Assembly: GCA_000004695.1 (NCBI GenBank)
Contig: CM000153.2
Span: 3,424,001 to 3,488,000 of the forward strand
Length of the DNA stretch: 64,000 nucleotides
Direction: 5' to 3'
Source: Dictyostelium discoideum
Taxonomy: Eukaryota
The notes under the pieces were generated by a model. The model searched no databases, was not told the DNA's origin, and was given only the letters and a program-made list of their open reading frames with translations. The position numbers and the translations under genes are program-made. Below, piece by piece: positions 26,204-39,965 of the stretch; position 1 is the stretch's first letter; the number at the start of each line of letters is the position of its first letter.

Positions 26204-26789
26204 GAATTTTATGAATTCAAATGTATATAGCCATTTAAGATCAATTTCAAAGTTTCAAAATAATTTAAGTATTTTAAAAGATTTAATTTCAAATAGTAAT
26301 GATATGATTTATCATTTTCAAGTTGATTTCATTCAATTGGAAATCATTCATAGATTACCACAAACCTATGAAGAGTCATTGAATGAAATTGGTAGAAGAA
26401 AGAAATTTGGTAATACATTAACAACCTCATTCAATAGATTTATTGAATCACTTAAAATGATTAAAGATGATGAGAATCAAAAGAGACAAATATTCTTTGA
26501 TCAATACCTTAAATATATACCAATTAATTCATTCAATGGTTTAAAAGAAAATATACCAGATTTTAATTTTAATTTACCACCAATTGATACAAATCTACCA
26601 AATTTAGGAAATAGTTTAGTCAATAATAATAATAATAATAATAGCTTAGGTAGCGGATTTAGTGGTGGTAGTGGTGGTAGTAATGGTTCAAATGAAGATG
26701 ATGGTTTTACTGTTATTGATAATTTAACTGATAATTTTAATAATATTTTTATGAATAATAATAATAATAATAATAGTGGTAGCAATGAC

Positions 26790-26823
<34 letters not shown>

Positions 26824-29192
26824 GTAATAGTAGTAGTAATGGTAGTAATAATAATAATAATTTTAATAATAGTTTAATTAATAGTAATATAAATAATAGT
26901 ATTAATAATCTTGGTACAAAGAAATTATTAAATGATTTAGAGAAATCACAATTTGAAAAACAACAATTAGAGATGAAATTACAAACTACCTTTTTAATGG
27001 CATCAAAAACTGAAGAGAAATATAAGGATCTATTAGAGAAATCAAAGATTTTCAGTGAAGGATATTTAGAGAAACAAAATGATGAAGTAAAGAGAATTGA
27101 AGAGTTAAAGAAAGAATTAGAGGAAAAGAAAAGAGAGATCTCATTGTTATCAAATGAATTGGAAAAAGTATCAGAGGATAAATTAGCAAATCAACAAATC
27201 ATCGTCCAATTGCATGATGAAAAAACCACATTAACCAATGAGATTGAATCATTAAATCAAGAGATTGAAAAACGTAAAAAAACCATTGATGACTATCAAT
27301 CTGAACTTCAACTTAAAGAGTCAACCTATAAAGAACAAATGTCAAGTGCTGTCGGAGATTTCAATGAAAAGAATAATGAAATTGAAAAATTACGTCAAGA
27401 GATTATAAAATTACAAGATACAATCGATTCATTACAACAAAAGATTTCAATATTAGAGTTGGCCAATGAAGCTAGTCAAAAGGAGAACGAACAATTGGTT
27501 GTAAAGAATGGTCAATTAGAGTTAACAATTGATGAGTTAAATTTGAAATCCAATGATTTATTAGCTCTTATTACGAAATTAAAAATGGAGAATGAGTTGG
27601 CATTGGAGGAATTAAGACAAACTCTTCAACATATCTCTGATGAAAATCAAACTTTAAAGGCTGGTTCAACTTCACAATCGGATGAATTACTTGTAAAAAC
27701 TATGCATTACAATGAAACCAATAAGAAATTACAAGATGAAATTAAAGATTTAACCAAAAATGGTGAGTCATTAATTCAACAAATTAAATCATTACAAAAA
27801 GATATCGCTCAATTAAATGAAACCAATGAAACATTAACAACAAAAAATAAGGATTTACAACAACACACCGAGTCATTAGAGAAGGAGATAATCGTATTAA
27901 AAGATTCAAATTTAGATAAAGAAAAACTATTAGATCTATTACGTAAAGAGAATGAAAAATCCGATCAAACCTCAAGTGGTAATATTAAACGTGTTGAAGA
28001 ATTAATGAAAGAATTGACCATTAGTAAAAATCTATTCATTGAAATCAATCAATCAAAAGATTCATTACAGAGAGAGATCATTGATTTAAAGAATAAAATT
28101 GAAAACGATAAAAAGATATTTCAAGAACAAGGAAATGAAGTTGAAAAATCAAATGAAAAAATCACTGAACTCAATGTATCACTCGATAGAATCACTAAAG
28201 AGAATTTAAATTTCAAAGACACTGTAAATAAATTAACAATCAATAATTCAAACCTTGAAAAAGAAGTTGATACTCTAAAGTTTAAAAACAAAGAACAACA
28301 AGAAATCGCTTTGAAAATGAAAGAATTATTTGTACAATTAGAGACAAAGAACGGTCAATCTCTACAAGAGATCAAAACAAAAGAAAACGAAAATAATAAT
28401 TTGAAATCAGAGGTTCAAACATTGTTATTGGAAATGGAAAAATTAAAAGGATTCGATGAGAAAAATTCAAAAGAACTTCATGAATTACAAAATTATTTCA
28501 ATGGATTAGAGGAAGAAAATGATAAATTGAAAAAAGAAAATAAAGAACATCAAGTAAACATTCAATCATTAAAAGAAAACATAAAGAATGAAAAGAGTAT
28601 GCATAAGAAAGAAATGGAAACTTTGGCTGAAAAGGAGAAAACATTGGAAGAAAGAGAGAAGCAATTGATTGAAAAGGATAAGATCATCGCAGATTTACGT
28701 TTGAAATCTCAACAATCCAATTTAATGCCAGAGGTTCAATCACTTAGAAATGTTATTTATGAACTAACAAAAATCATCAATCCAAGTGCAAAGGAACCTA
28801 TGGATGGTAATTCTATCGTTAACTATGTAAATAAGATTACCATCGAACAAATGTTACAAAATCAACAATTGTTAGAGCGTGTTACAACCTTGGAGAATCA
28901 ACAAGCAATTGAACATTCACAAAGTGCATTACTCTCAAATTTCACTCATGATCGTATTGCCATTTTCCATAAAAATAAAAATGGTTTCTATGAAGCTATT
29001 AATATTGATTCTCCAAATTATTTCCTTTCACAACTCTCATATGATCAATACACTCAAGAAATGAAAAATGCTTCAATTATCTTTGGTACAATCATTAATA
29101 TTGATACTAAAATCGCTGGTGATTCTGAATCATTTGGATGTTTACCTGGTACTGAAATTTGTGAAGTTTTAATTAGTAAATTAGAAAATTAA
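24354..29192 (+). CDS. FIP200/RB1CC1 / Atg11-family autophagy scaffold; 8 exons: join(24354..24439,24546..24666,24794..24890,24984..25213,25368..25663,25761..25843,25918..26093,26205..29192)
   Basis: Exons 1-2 give the N-terminal ubiquitin-like fold (MQPNNGFNLKVVYAENGYSYTIPVNPSISIEDIKHSLANATNLHVSDQILLSDKTHIAPKGTLESYGII). The middle exons give an Atg11/Atg17-like region. The last exon gives about 750 aa of coiled coil and the conserved C-terminal Claw domain (FTHDRIAIFHKNKNGFYEAINIDSPNYFLSQ...ASIIFGTIINIDTKIAGDSESFGCLPGTEICEVLI). All junctions use GT...AG with consistent phases. The acceptor of exon 5 (25368 versus 25355) is the least certain. Confidence 0.75.
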
Positions 29193-29351
29193 TTAAAAAA
29201 TATATTTATTATTAAATAATTTAAAAATACTTTTTTTTTTTATTTTTTTTTCTAAATAATAATAATTAATAATAAAAATAAATAAATAAAATAGTTTGTT
29301 TTAAATTTGTATAAATATAAATTTTTTTTATTATTTAGGAGTTTTTTTTTT

Positions 29352-30713
29352 TCAATTTAATTGATTTAAAAAATTTAAATTTTTATAACCTTGTTTAAAA
29401 CATTGAATTAAAGTTTCATGAATACCTTCATTACCTTTATCTCTTGTTAATGAAGCAAAGGTTTTTACAGATTTAAAATAATTATTGCCATTTTCAGATT
29501 TATTTAAAGGTGGAGTTTGTTTAATTATATAATTTAATAATGATTGTCTTGGTCCAATTTCAATGAAACAAACATTTCTACCAAGATTAGAGTTTTCAAT
29601 ATGTTGGAATACATTTTTTATACCCAATGCTAATCTTGCTTGATCACGTAAATTTTCAAATACATATTCTTTGTTAATGTAAAAATCTTTATTAAATAAA
29701 GTACCCTTTACTGTTGAAATATGGTGAATATCTGCTTTTGGTGGATATGATTTAAATTGTAATTTCATCATATCATCATAGAGACAATCTTGACAAGAAT
29801 GATGAAATGCAGTTGGAATTGATAAAACTTTTGTGTTGATTGATTCAAGTTTACATTGCTCAACGATTTGCTCCAATTCAACTTTATCACCACCAATTGT
29901 AACATTTGAAGGTGATAAAATGCAACAAACTTCAACTGATTTGAATTTTGTGCAAAATTTCTCTTGAAATTCTTCATTACCTAAATCTACCCATATCATT
30001 CCTTTTCCAGTTCCAAATGTTTTTTGTTGAGATTTTCCTCTATTGTAAATAACATAACAAAGTGTTTCTAAATCTTGAATCATACCACTTGCATAGCTTG
30101 CAACTATTTCACCAAATGAATGTCCAAATACTATCGTTGGTTTTAAACCCCAATGTTCTGTAAATAATTTATAGATTGAAATTTGTGATATTAATAAAAT
30201 ACTTTGAGTTATCATTTGATTTGTGTTTAATTCTGGATCAAATTCATCTTTATATTGTCTAACTTTTTCAATAGTTGAAAAACCTAAATAGATTTTCATT
30301 ATTTCATCGATTTTATCCATAGTCTCTCTGAATATTGGCTCACTATTATATAATTCAAATATTAATGGATTAAATTGTGCTCCTTGTCCTGAAAATAAAA
30401 AAACGATACACGGTTCTTCCTCTTTAATAATATTTTTTTCATTTTCCAATAGTTTTGATGATAACGGTGCTGATGAATTGGATAAAGATAATAATTCAAC
30501 TTTTTCTTCAAATTCAATCCAATTTTTTGCTGATATAAATATATTATCTTTATTTATTTCATTAGAATTATTATTAATAGTTATTTGTAATTTTGCAAAT
30601 TCTTTAAAACTATCTTCATTTGGTCCTTTATGTTTTTTTATCAATTCTTTAATATTCTCATCCTTTGGAAATGATATTAAATATTGTTTATTTAATAAAT
30701 TATTACAAATCAT
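29352..30713 (-). CDS. free-standing acyltransferase (malonyl-CoA:ACP transacylase / PKS AT-domain like)
   Basis: Motifs IVFLFSGQGAQF and GHSFGEIVASYASG (GHSxG nucleophile elbow, PKS-AT style) are present. An N-terminal ~100-aa segment resembles a KS-AT linker. The first ATG is at 30713; the ORF-track start at 30725 is a GTG. Confidence 0.7.
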   Translation of the reverse strand: MICNNLLNKQYLISFPKDENIKELIKKHKGPNEDSFKEFAKLQITINNNSNEINKDNIFISAKNWIEFEEKVELLSLSNSSAPLSSKLLENEKNIIKEEEPCIVFLFSGQGAQFNPLIFELYNSEPIFRETMDKIDEIMKIYLGFSTIEKVRQYKDEFDPELNTNQMITQSILLISQISIYKLFTEHWGLKPTIVFGHSFGEIVASYASGMIQDLETLCYVIYNRGKSQQKTFGTGKGMIWVDLGNEEFQEKFCTKFKSVEVCCILSPSNVTIGGDKVELEQIVEQCKLESINTKVLSIPTAFHHSCQDCLYDDMMKLQFKSYPPKADIHHISTVKGTLFNKDFYINKEYVFENLRDQARLALGIKNVFQHIENSNLGRNVCFIEIGPRQSLLNYIIKQTPPLNKSENGNNYFKSVKTFASLTRDKGNEGIHETLIQCFKQGYKNLNFLNQLN

Positions 30714-30899
30714 TATTTTTCGCACAAAAAAAAAACAAACTTAAATAAAAAAAAAACAAAAAAAAAAAAAAAAATATTTTATACCAAAAAAAAAAAAAAT
30801 ATCTAAAAAAAAGTGTCACAATCACAAAAAAAAAAAGATTCCATAAAAATAGTACTAAAAATTAGGTGTAAAAAAAAAAAAAAAAAGAAAAGAAAAAAA

Positions 30900-31428
30900 T
30901 TAAAATTCTTTGTTTATTAAATTTTCATTATCAAAATTTTCTTCATAATAATAATTATTATTTTTAAAAAAAAAAACATTATCAATATCACCAACCACTT
31001 GAACTTCTTTAAAATGTTCAAAGTCTGATTCACCATCAAATGATTCTCCACCAACTGATAAATCATCAGCACCACTGCTATCATCACCATCATCTTTATT
31101 TTTTTGATTTATATTTAAATTTTTAGGGAAAACTTGAGAAAATTTAGCACTTGTAAAATCATCACCAAATTGTGATGTTTTCACTTTTTTTTTTCTTTGA
31201 TAGCGTTTCTCTAATAATATTAAAACTCTTTTCTTTAAATTATATTTATAAATTAATAAACCAATTACCATTAAAATAAAAAGTATTAAAAAAGCCATTA
31301 AACCAATAAAAATATGAGAGTCTATTAAGTTTTCAACTTTATGATGATTATGGTAATGATGGTAATGGTGGTGATGATGATGATGGTGAATGAAATTATT
31401 GGGTTTATTATTATTATTTTTATTATTA

Positions 31429-31526
<98 letters not shown>

Positions 31527-31985
31527 ATTATTATAATTATAGTCGCTTGAAAAATTATTTGAATTTAAAATTTTTGATTTACTTGAAATTAAACCTTGAA
31601 AATCACAATTTAATTTTGAAAATTGATTGGAATAAACTTCTATAATTATTGACTCTATATCAATAGAGTTATAATATGGATTTGTTAATTGATCAGAACC
31701 TTCAAAATTATTTATAAGGAATGATCTCTCTATATCACTTTGGTCTCCAAGTTCATTATTATTATTTATATTACCACAAACATTGTTATTATTATTATTA
31801 TTATTGTTATTATTATTACTAATATTTTTATTATTATATTTTTTATTACTATTTACAACTAATTTTAGTATTGGTTTTATTGGTTTTATTGGTGACGATG
31901 GCTGTTGTTGTGGTTGCTGGAATTGGTTTTCTTTTAACAATGATGTTTCAAAAAGAGAAACAGATTTAGAGGATGTGAAATCCAT
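30900..31985 (-). CDS. degenerate or truncated L-family paralogue: no signal peptide, poly-Asn and poly-His tracts, TM and conserved cytoplasmic tail
   Basis: It shares PILKLVVNSNKKYNNK, VCGNINNNNELGDQSDIERSFLINNF and SDQLTNPYYNS with 32501..34534 (NSNSPIKYNNSKCGNIDNNEPPCIKLGDAGDRARSFLLNNF, TQLIIQLTNPFYN). TM is IFIGLMAFLILFILMVIGLLIY. The tail (LLEKRYQRKK...GDIDNVFFFKNN) parallels MLEKRAKNR...GEVDNLFFYQDD. Confidence 0.5.
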
Positions 31986-32500
31986 AATTATAAATTAAAT
32001 AATAATAATAAATATTTTATTTAACAATGAAAATAAGCATTTTATTACTTTGTTGAATTCAAAAATGATAAAAACTAAAAATAATTTATACCAAAAATAA
32101 ACCTTGAAAAAAAAAAAAAATTAAAAATTAAAAATAAAATTAAAAAAATAAAATAAAATAATTTTCATAACTTTTTCTCGATTTTTCAAACCATTTATAA
32201 AAAAAAGCCTGGTAGTATGATTTCGAAAAAATTGCGCTAGTTGTTATTATTGCAAAAAAAATAATATGAAATTAAAAGCCTTTTTTTTAATTTCCAATTA
32301 AAAATGAATGAATATTCAAACAAAACTAATATTTTTTTTTTTTTTTTTTTTTTCGCAGATCGATCCTTTTCAGTCACTCTTTTTTAGATATTATCACTTT
32401 GTTTTTAAAGAAAAATAAGGAATTAAAAAAAAAAAAAAAAAAAAGAAATAAAAAAAAATAAATAAAATAATATAAATTTGTTTATTTATTTTTAGTTAAT

Positions 32501-33527
32501 TTAAAATTGTTTTTTACTAATATTAATACTATTATCATCTTGATAAAAGAATAAATTGTCAACCTCGCCAGCTATTTGTAATTTTTCTCTTTGATAGTTA
32601 CTATCAGTACCACCACTACCATCATCGATATCAGCCTCACCATTGCTAACATGTAAAAGAGATTGATTTTCATCAGCACTTGGTATATGATCCAATTGAG
32701 AGAATTTTAAATCCATTCTATTTTTAGCACGTTTTTCAAGCATAGAGTCAACTGTTTTCTTTAGAGTGACCCTATAGAAAATAAACAATGTAGCTAGCAC
32801 TAGGAGAACACAACCACTAACTAATAAACCAATTAAAAGCTTTTGAGAAGATGTTAAATTTTTTGGATTTTTTTTAATTTCACCATTGAAATAACATTGA
32901 TCACATAGATAAATTTCATCAGTATTTGAAATATAGGTTTGAGTATCACTTGAGATATAAGAGTTTTTACCAATAATTGGATAACTTGAAAAGAGTACAC
33001 TATTAATTAAATTTACTGTTGAATTAATTAAATTTAAATCACTAAAACCTATTCCTTTATCCCTAAATTGAACATTATTAAAAGTATAAGCACCACAATT
33101 ATTTAATGAAAATAATGACATTCCACTATTATTATCATTATCACTACTACTACTATCACCATTACTGTTTGTATAATTTAAATTATTTTGAATTGAAATA
33201 TCTTGAAATGTAAAATTATTATTAAAATTATTTGAAATATTATCAGTAAATTGAATACTTATCAATGAAATAGCATTATCAGATGAGGTGGTAACATCTA
33301 AGAATTGATTGAGATTAATATTCAAATCATTAACTATTATATAATCATATTGATATAATTGTAATTGTCCATTATTTTGACTTTGATAAAATTGAATTGA
33401 TTCATTTTGGAAAATACTTAAAAAACTATTTAAATTATTATTTTGAGTTATTAAATTTGATTCAAATCTAATATTTGTATTACAATTTAATAAGAATATA
33501 AAAGGTGATATATTATTATTATTATTA

Positions 33528-33586
<59 letters not shown>

Positions 33587-34534
33587 GTTGCTTGTTGTAT
33601 CATAGAAATCATTATATTTAATTGTCGATGAAAACATTCTTATTCCACCATTTTCAATACTAATGAATGAATTATTTGAAAATTTAGAATTTTTAATAGT
33701 ACTTGTTAAAATTTGAAGTTTTGAATTTATAATTTTAAATGTTGGTAATAAAGTTGGATTTGTATTATTAAAAGTACATGATACAATTATAATTGAATTT
33801 AATGTTAATTTATTATTATTACTATTATTATTATTATTATTAGCTGTATTATTATTAATTGATATTGAATTTACTATTACACCATTAATCTGATAAAAAT
33901 TTGAATTATAAATATGAAATAATGATAATGTTGAAGCATTGGTTTGAATATCAAATATTGTTGTGTTATTATTAAATTGTGTGAATGTGAAATTACTAAT
34001 TCTTATATCCATATATTTTAATTGATATTGATTAGTTTGTTTAATTGTTAAAAATGGTAAATTTATATTATTATTTTCACTATTGATTATTATATTGTTA
34101 TTATTATTATTGGTGTTATTAATATAATTGTTTATATATATTGACGAAAATCCAAATAAATTACCCAAAACTGATGTTGAATCATTATTGGTTATATTAT
34201 AAAATGGATTTGTTAATTGGATTATTAATTGAGTAGAACTTGTAAAATTATTTAAAAGGAATGATCTTGCTCTATCACCTGCATCCCCTAGTTTAATACA
34301 TGGTGGTTCATTATTATCTATATTACCACATTTACTATTATTATATTTTATAGGACTATTACTATTTACAAATAATGTTAGTGTTGGTGGTAATATTGGT
34401 GTTGGTGTGGTTGTTGTTGTTGTAGGTGAAGGTAGTTGTGTGGATAATAATAATAATGATGATGTTGATGATGATGATGATGATGATGTTTGTATTAATA
34501 AATTAATTAAAAGAAATAAATAAATATTTATCAT
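32501..34534 (-). CDS. L-family surface glycoprotein: signal peptide, N-glycan-rich probable beta-helix ectodomain, TM, cytoplasmic tail; 677 aa
   Basis: Signal MINIYLFLLINLLIQT. Family motifs C..PPCIKLGDAGDRARSFL and LGNLFGFSSIYIN are present. Dozens of NxS/T sites occur in short repeats rich in N, I, F and S. TM is LLIGLLVSGCVLLVLATLFIFY; the tail ends ...GEVDNLFFYQDDNSINISKKQF. Confidence 0.7.
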
Positions 34535-34595
34535 TATTTTATTTTATATTTTATCACCACAACTAATTCAAAATAAATAAAAATAAAAAAAAAAT

Positions 34596-34716
34596 TTATC
34601 CAAAATATTAGTGATGTAACCGGTAGTCATAAACAAAAAAAAAAAAAAAAAAAAAGTTATCCAAAATATTAGTGATGTAACCGGTAGTCATAAACAAAAA
34701 AAAAAAAAAAAAATTT
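34596..34716. repeat. tandem direct repeat: 2 copies of a 39-bp core (TTATCCAAAATATTAGTGATGTAACCGGTAGTCATAAAC), each followed by poly-A, with a ~61-bp period
   Basis: Copy 1 at 34596..34634 and copy 2 at 34657..34695 are identical. Located in the divergent intergenic region between gene starts 34534 (minus strand) and 35087 (plus strand). Confidence 0.8.
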
Positions 34717-34726
34717 CTAAATTATT

Positions 34727-34760
<34 letters not shown>

Positions 34761-34862
34761 AAACAAAATTTTATTTTAAATTTAATTATTTAATCTAATC
34801 TGGTTCACATTAAAAATAAAATTAAAAAAAAATTAACAAAAGAAAATCAACAAATAAATATT

Positions 34863-34951
<89 letters not shown>

Positions 34952-35086
34952 TTTTTTTTTTTTTTTTTTTTTTTGAAAATTTAAATTTTATGAGAGAAAA
35001 TAATTTTTTACCCTTTTTTTTTTAAATATTTATATGATTTTTTTTTTTTTACGCATCCAAATTTTTTTTTTTTTTTTTAAAAAAAA

Positions 35087-36253
35087 ATGTTCCCAGGACA
35101 AGAAAGAAGAGAAATTGAAATATGTGTTGCAAAAGTTGGAGAACTTTATTCATTTTTGGGGGTTTCAAAAACATCAACAACAAAAGAGATAACATTTGAG
35201 TTTTTAAGAATTAAAAATAAATTGGGTATTGAGGGGGATGAAATTAATAATTTGGAAATGGATAAATTAAAAAAAAATTATTATGAACCATCGTTATTAT
35301 CATACAATATTTTAACAAATCCAATAGCCAGATCAATGTATGATAATGAATATTATGAAATTGCATTATTATTAAGTGAAATTAATAATAATAATAAAAA
35401 AAAAAAAAAAAAAATTTTCATTTATCAATTACTATCAAACACACTTGATTTAATATTAGTTAATATGAGTAAAAAAGGAAATCAATCAATTTTAAAAATG
35501 GCTGAAATGATTTATGAAAGAAATGGTCCAACTTCATTCTTTATTGGTGGTGCATATAACCTATGTGGTGCTATAATTCATTCGAAATTAATCTGTAATC
35601 CAATCAATGCAATCATTTTAATGTTAGTTGGCGAGGAAAGTGAAAAAATAATGATAAACTCTGATGGTATATTAAGTGCAATAACATATTATCCAATTAG
35701 ATTTATTATTGATTGTCTTTTCTTATCACCTTTTACAACTTCACCAATTAAAGTTATAAATGATATAATACTAGGTAGAGATGGTAGTGCCGTTGGTGAT
35801 AGTGAAAGTTCAAATTTATTTTATTCATTTACTTCAAGTATTTCAATATTATTACTCAAAAAATTAATTGATATTTCAATTATTAAAATTGATAAAATAA
35901 TATTAGAGAATGTTAAAAAAAACAACAACAACAACAGTAATGAATCAAAATTTTGGAAATATTGTGAAATTATTTATTGTAATTCAATTACTCAAGGTAT
36001 ATTAAGGGCATCTTTATTACATCCACTACAAATCATTCGTTTACAATATCCATACGAATTTGTTGAATCTTATTTACAAGGCACTCCAATTCCAGAAGTA
36101 ATCGGTCCAATTTCAATGGCTATTAAAGTTTATAATCAACAAGGTTTTTCAAAATTCTTTAATGGTTTCTCACTTGCAATTCCATTTTATATTATTCGAT
36201 CTATTTCAACTAGAATTTCTCCTCCAAGAAATTTAAATCTTTATTCTGATTAA
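35087..36253 (+). CDS. protein with degenerate J-like domain (no HPD) plus mitochondrial-carrier-like repeats; paralogue of 39966..41387
   Basis: N-terminus ELYSFLGVSKTSTTKEITFEFLRIKNKLGIEGDE...ILTNPIARSMYDNEYY follows the J-domain pattern, with GDE replacing HPD. The C-terminal half has carrier-like repeat signatures (LLHPLQIIRLQYP; IKVYNQQGFSKFFNGFSLAIPFYIIRSIS; YYPIRFIIDCLFL). Confidence 0.55.
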   Translation: MFPGQERREIEICVAKVGELYSFLGVSKTSTTKEITFEFLRIKNKLGIEGDEINNLEMDKLKKNYYEPSLLSYNILTNPIARSMYDNEYYEIALLLSEINNNNKKKKKKIFIYQLLSNTLDLILVNMSKKGNQSILKMAEMIYERNGPTSFFIGGAYNLCGAIIHSKLICNPINAIILMLVGEESEKIMINSDGILSAITYYPIRFIIDCLFLSPFTTSPIKVINDIILGRDGSAVGDSESSNLFYSFTSSISILLLKKLIDISIIKIDKIILENVKKNNNNNSNESKFWKYCEIIYCNSITQGILRASLLHPLQIIRLQYPYEFVESYLQGTPIPEVIGPISMAIKVYNQQGFSKFFNGFSLAIPFYIIRSISTRISPPRNLNLYSD

Positions 36254-36735
36254 GAATCTAGATTTATTTTTATAAAAAAAAAAAAATTAAAAAAAAAAAA
36301 TGAAAAAAAAAAAAAAAAAAAAAAAAATGAAAAAAAAGGATTTAATTTGTACTAAAAATTCTAAATTAAAATAAATAAAATTTCAAATTACTTGAAAATT
36401 TAATAAACATCTCAGTGCATGTAACCCTAACTTTCTGTTTCTGGCGAATTGTTTAATTGATTTCTTTTAAATAAATATTTATTTTAATATGAAACCAAAT
36501 GATATTTTTTGATTTTTTGATTTTTTTTTTTTATGATTTAAAAAAAAAAAATTGAGAAAAAACCTTTGACCAAAAATTAATATATAATTTATTTAATTTA
36601 AAGAATACAAACCTCATTTTTTTTATAAAAATAAATAAATAAATAAATAAATAAAGCTATACAACTCCTTTTTTAATTTTTGATTACTAAATTTTTATTT
36701 TATTTTTATTTAAATTAATTAATAATAATAATTTT

Positions 36736-36780
<45 letters not shown>

Positions 36781-36887
36781 CTTTTTAAGAGTTGGTTATA
36801 ATTTTTAACTCCTAATTTTTAATGAAATGAATAATATATAATTTATTATTATTATTAATTGGTAAAAACCATTTGTAAAATTATTAT

Positions 36888-38448
<1,561 letters not shown>

Positions 38449-38608
38449 TTTTATTTTTTTTTTTTTTTTTTTTTTTTTCTAAATCTAATTTATTTATTAA
38501 TTTTATAAAAATAATTTATTTGTTTTATTAATTTTGATTTCAATGACAATAATAATTTTTTAAAATTTTTTTTGGCTTTTATAGAAAAAAAATATATATT
38601 ATAATAAT

Positions 38609-38639
<31 letters not shown>

Positions 38640-39157
38640 TATGATATTTATTTTCGTCTTTCTTGTTTATCAGAGATTATACTGCAATATTTTTTTTTTA
38701 TAATTTGGTTTCAGAAAAATTTTAATTCGGTTGAAGGTTTTTTTAAAATATTAACTCCATTAGTTTTTTTTTATTTTTTTTTTATCATAATTTTATTAAT
38801 ATTTGAAAAAAAAAGACATCCTTTTTGTTCGAGAAATCCTTAACTATCAAAGACTAATTATCAGTTCATTGTAATTAAAAAAAAAAAAAAAATACGAAAA
38901 TGAAAAGGAACCCACCCAAAAAGCGGATAATATATTTTCCACTTTTTTTTTCGACACACTAGACTTAGATTTTTATTTTTTTTATTTTTTTTTTTTTATT
39001 TTTTTTTTTTTTGTTTATTTAATTGAATTAAAATATTATTTTACGTAACCGTTTTTTTTTAATCATGATTGCATTTCTTTTTTTTTTTTTAATAATTATT
39101 TTTATTATTTTTATTATTTTTTTTTTTTTTTTTTTTTTCTGTTAAAAAATTTTTATT

Positions 39158-39193
<36 letters not shown>

Positions 39194-39331
39194 ATTACAT
39201 GCAGAATTTTGTGGAATTTTTATTATAATTTTTTTCATGTATTTTGTGGGTCTGTGTTTGAATTAAAAACCATTTTTGGAACTTTTTATTAATAAATAAA
39301 ACGCAATTAATTTTCTATTAAAAAAAGATAT

Positions 39332-39370
<39 letters not shown>

Positions 39371-39573
39371 ATTTTTAATGATAATAATCCCCATCATAAT
39401 TTAATTATTAAAAATTCATAATGGAAAGAGATTTCGCAATTATTACCAACTTTGGGGAATATTTTTAGCCTAAAAATCAAGGTAGGTGTTTTTTTTTATA
39501 AATAACATTCTCCTTATTTTTAAATTTATCTGTTACAAGCATTTAATATTTTTTTTTTTTTTATTCGAAATCT

Positions 39574-39606
<33 letters not shown>

Positions 39607-39965
39607 TTTATTAAAATCATCCCGATTTTAATTCGATATCCGATTTCATAAAATTTTATTAAAAATATGTCATCATAAAAAAAAAAAAAAAAAAAATTTT
39701 ATAAATAATATATTTTATTAATTCATTATTAAATATTAATAATAATTCAAATAACTAAATTTCCAATTCAACTTTTGGAAAGTGAATTTTCATTTTTATT
39801 TGTTTGAAAACACTTTCCAAAAGTTGACTAAAAAAAAAAATAAAAAAAAAATAAAAAAAATAAAAAAAAAAATAAAAAAAAATAAAAAAAAAAATTTTGA
39901 TTCACCATTTTTTTTTTTTTTTTTTTATATATTTTATTCAATTTGTTGTTATTTTGGGTTTTAAA

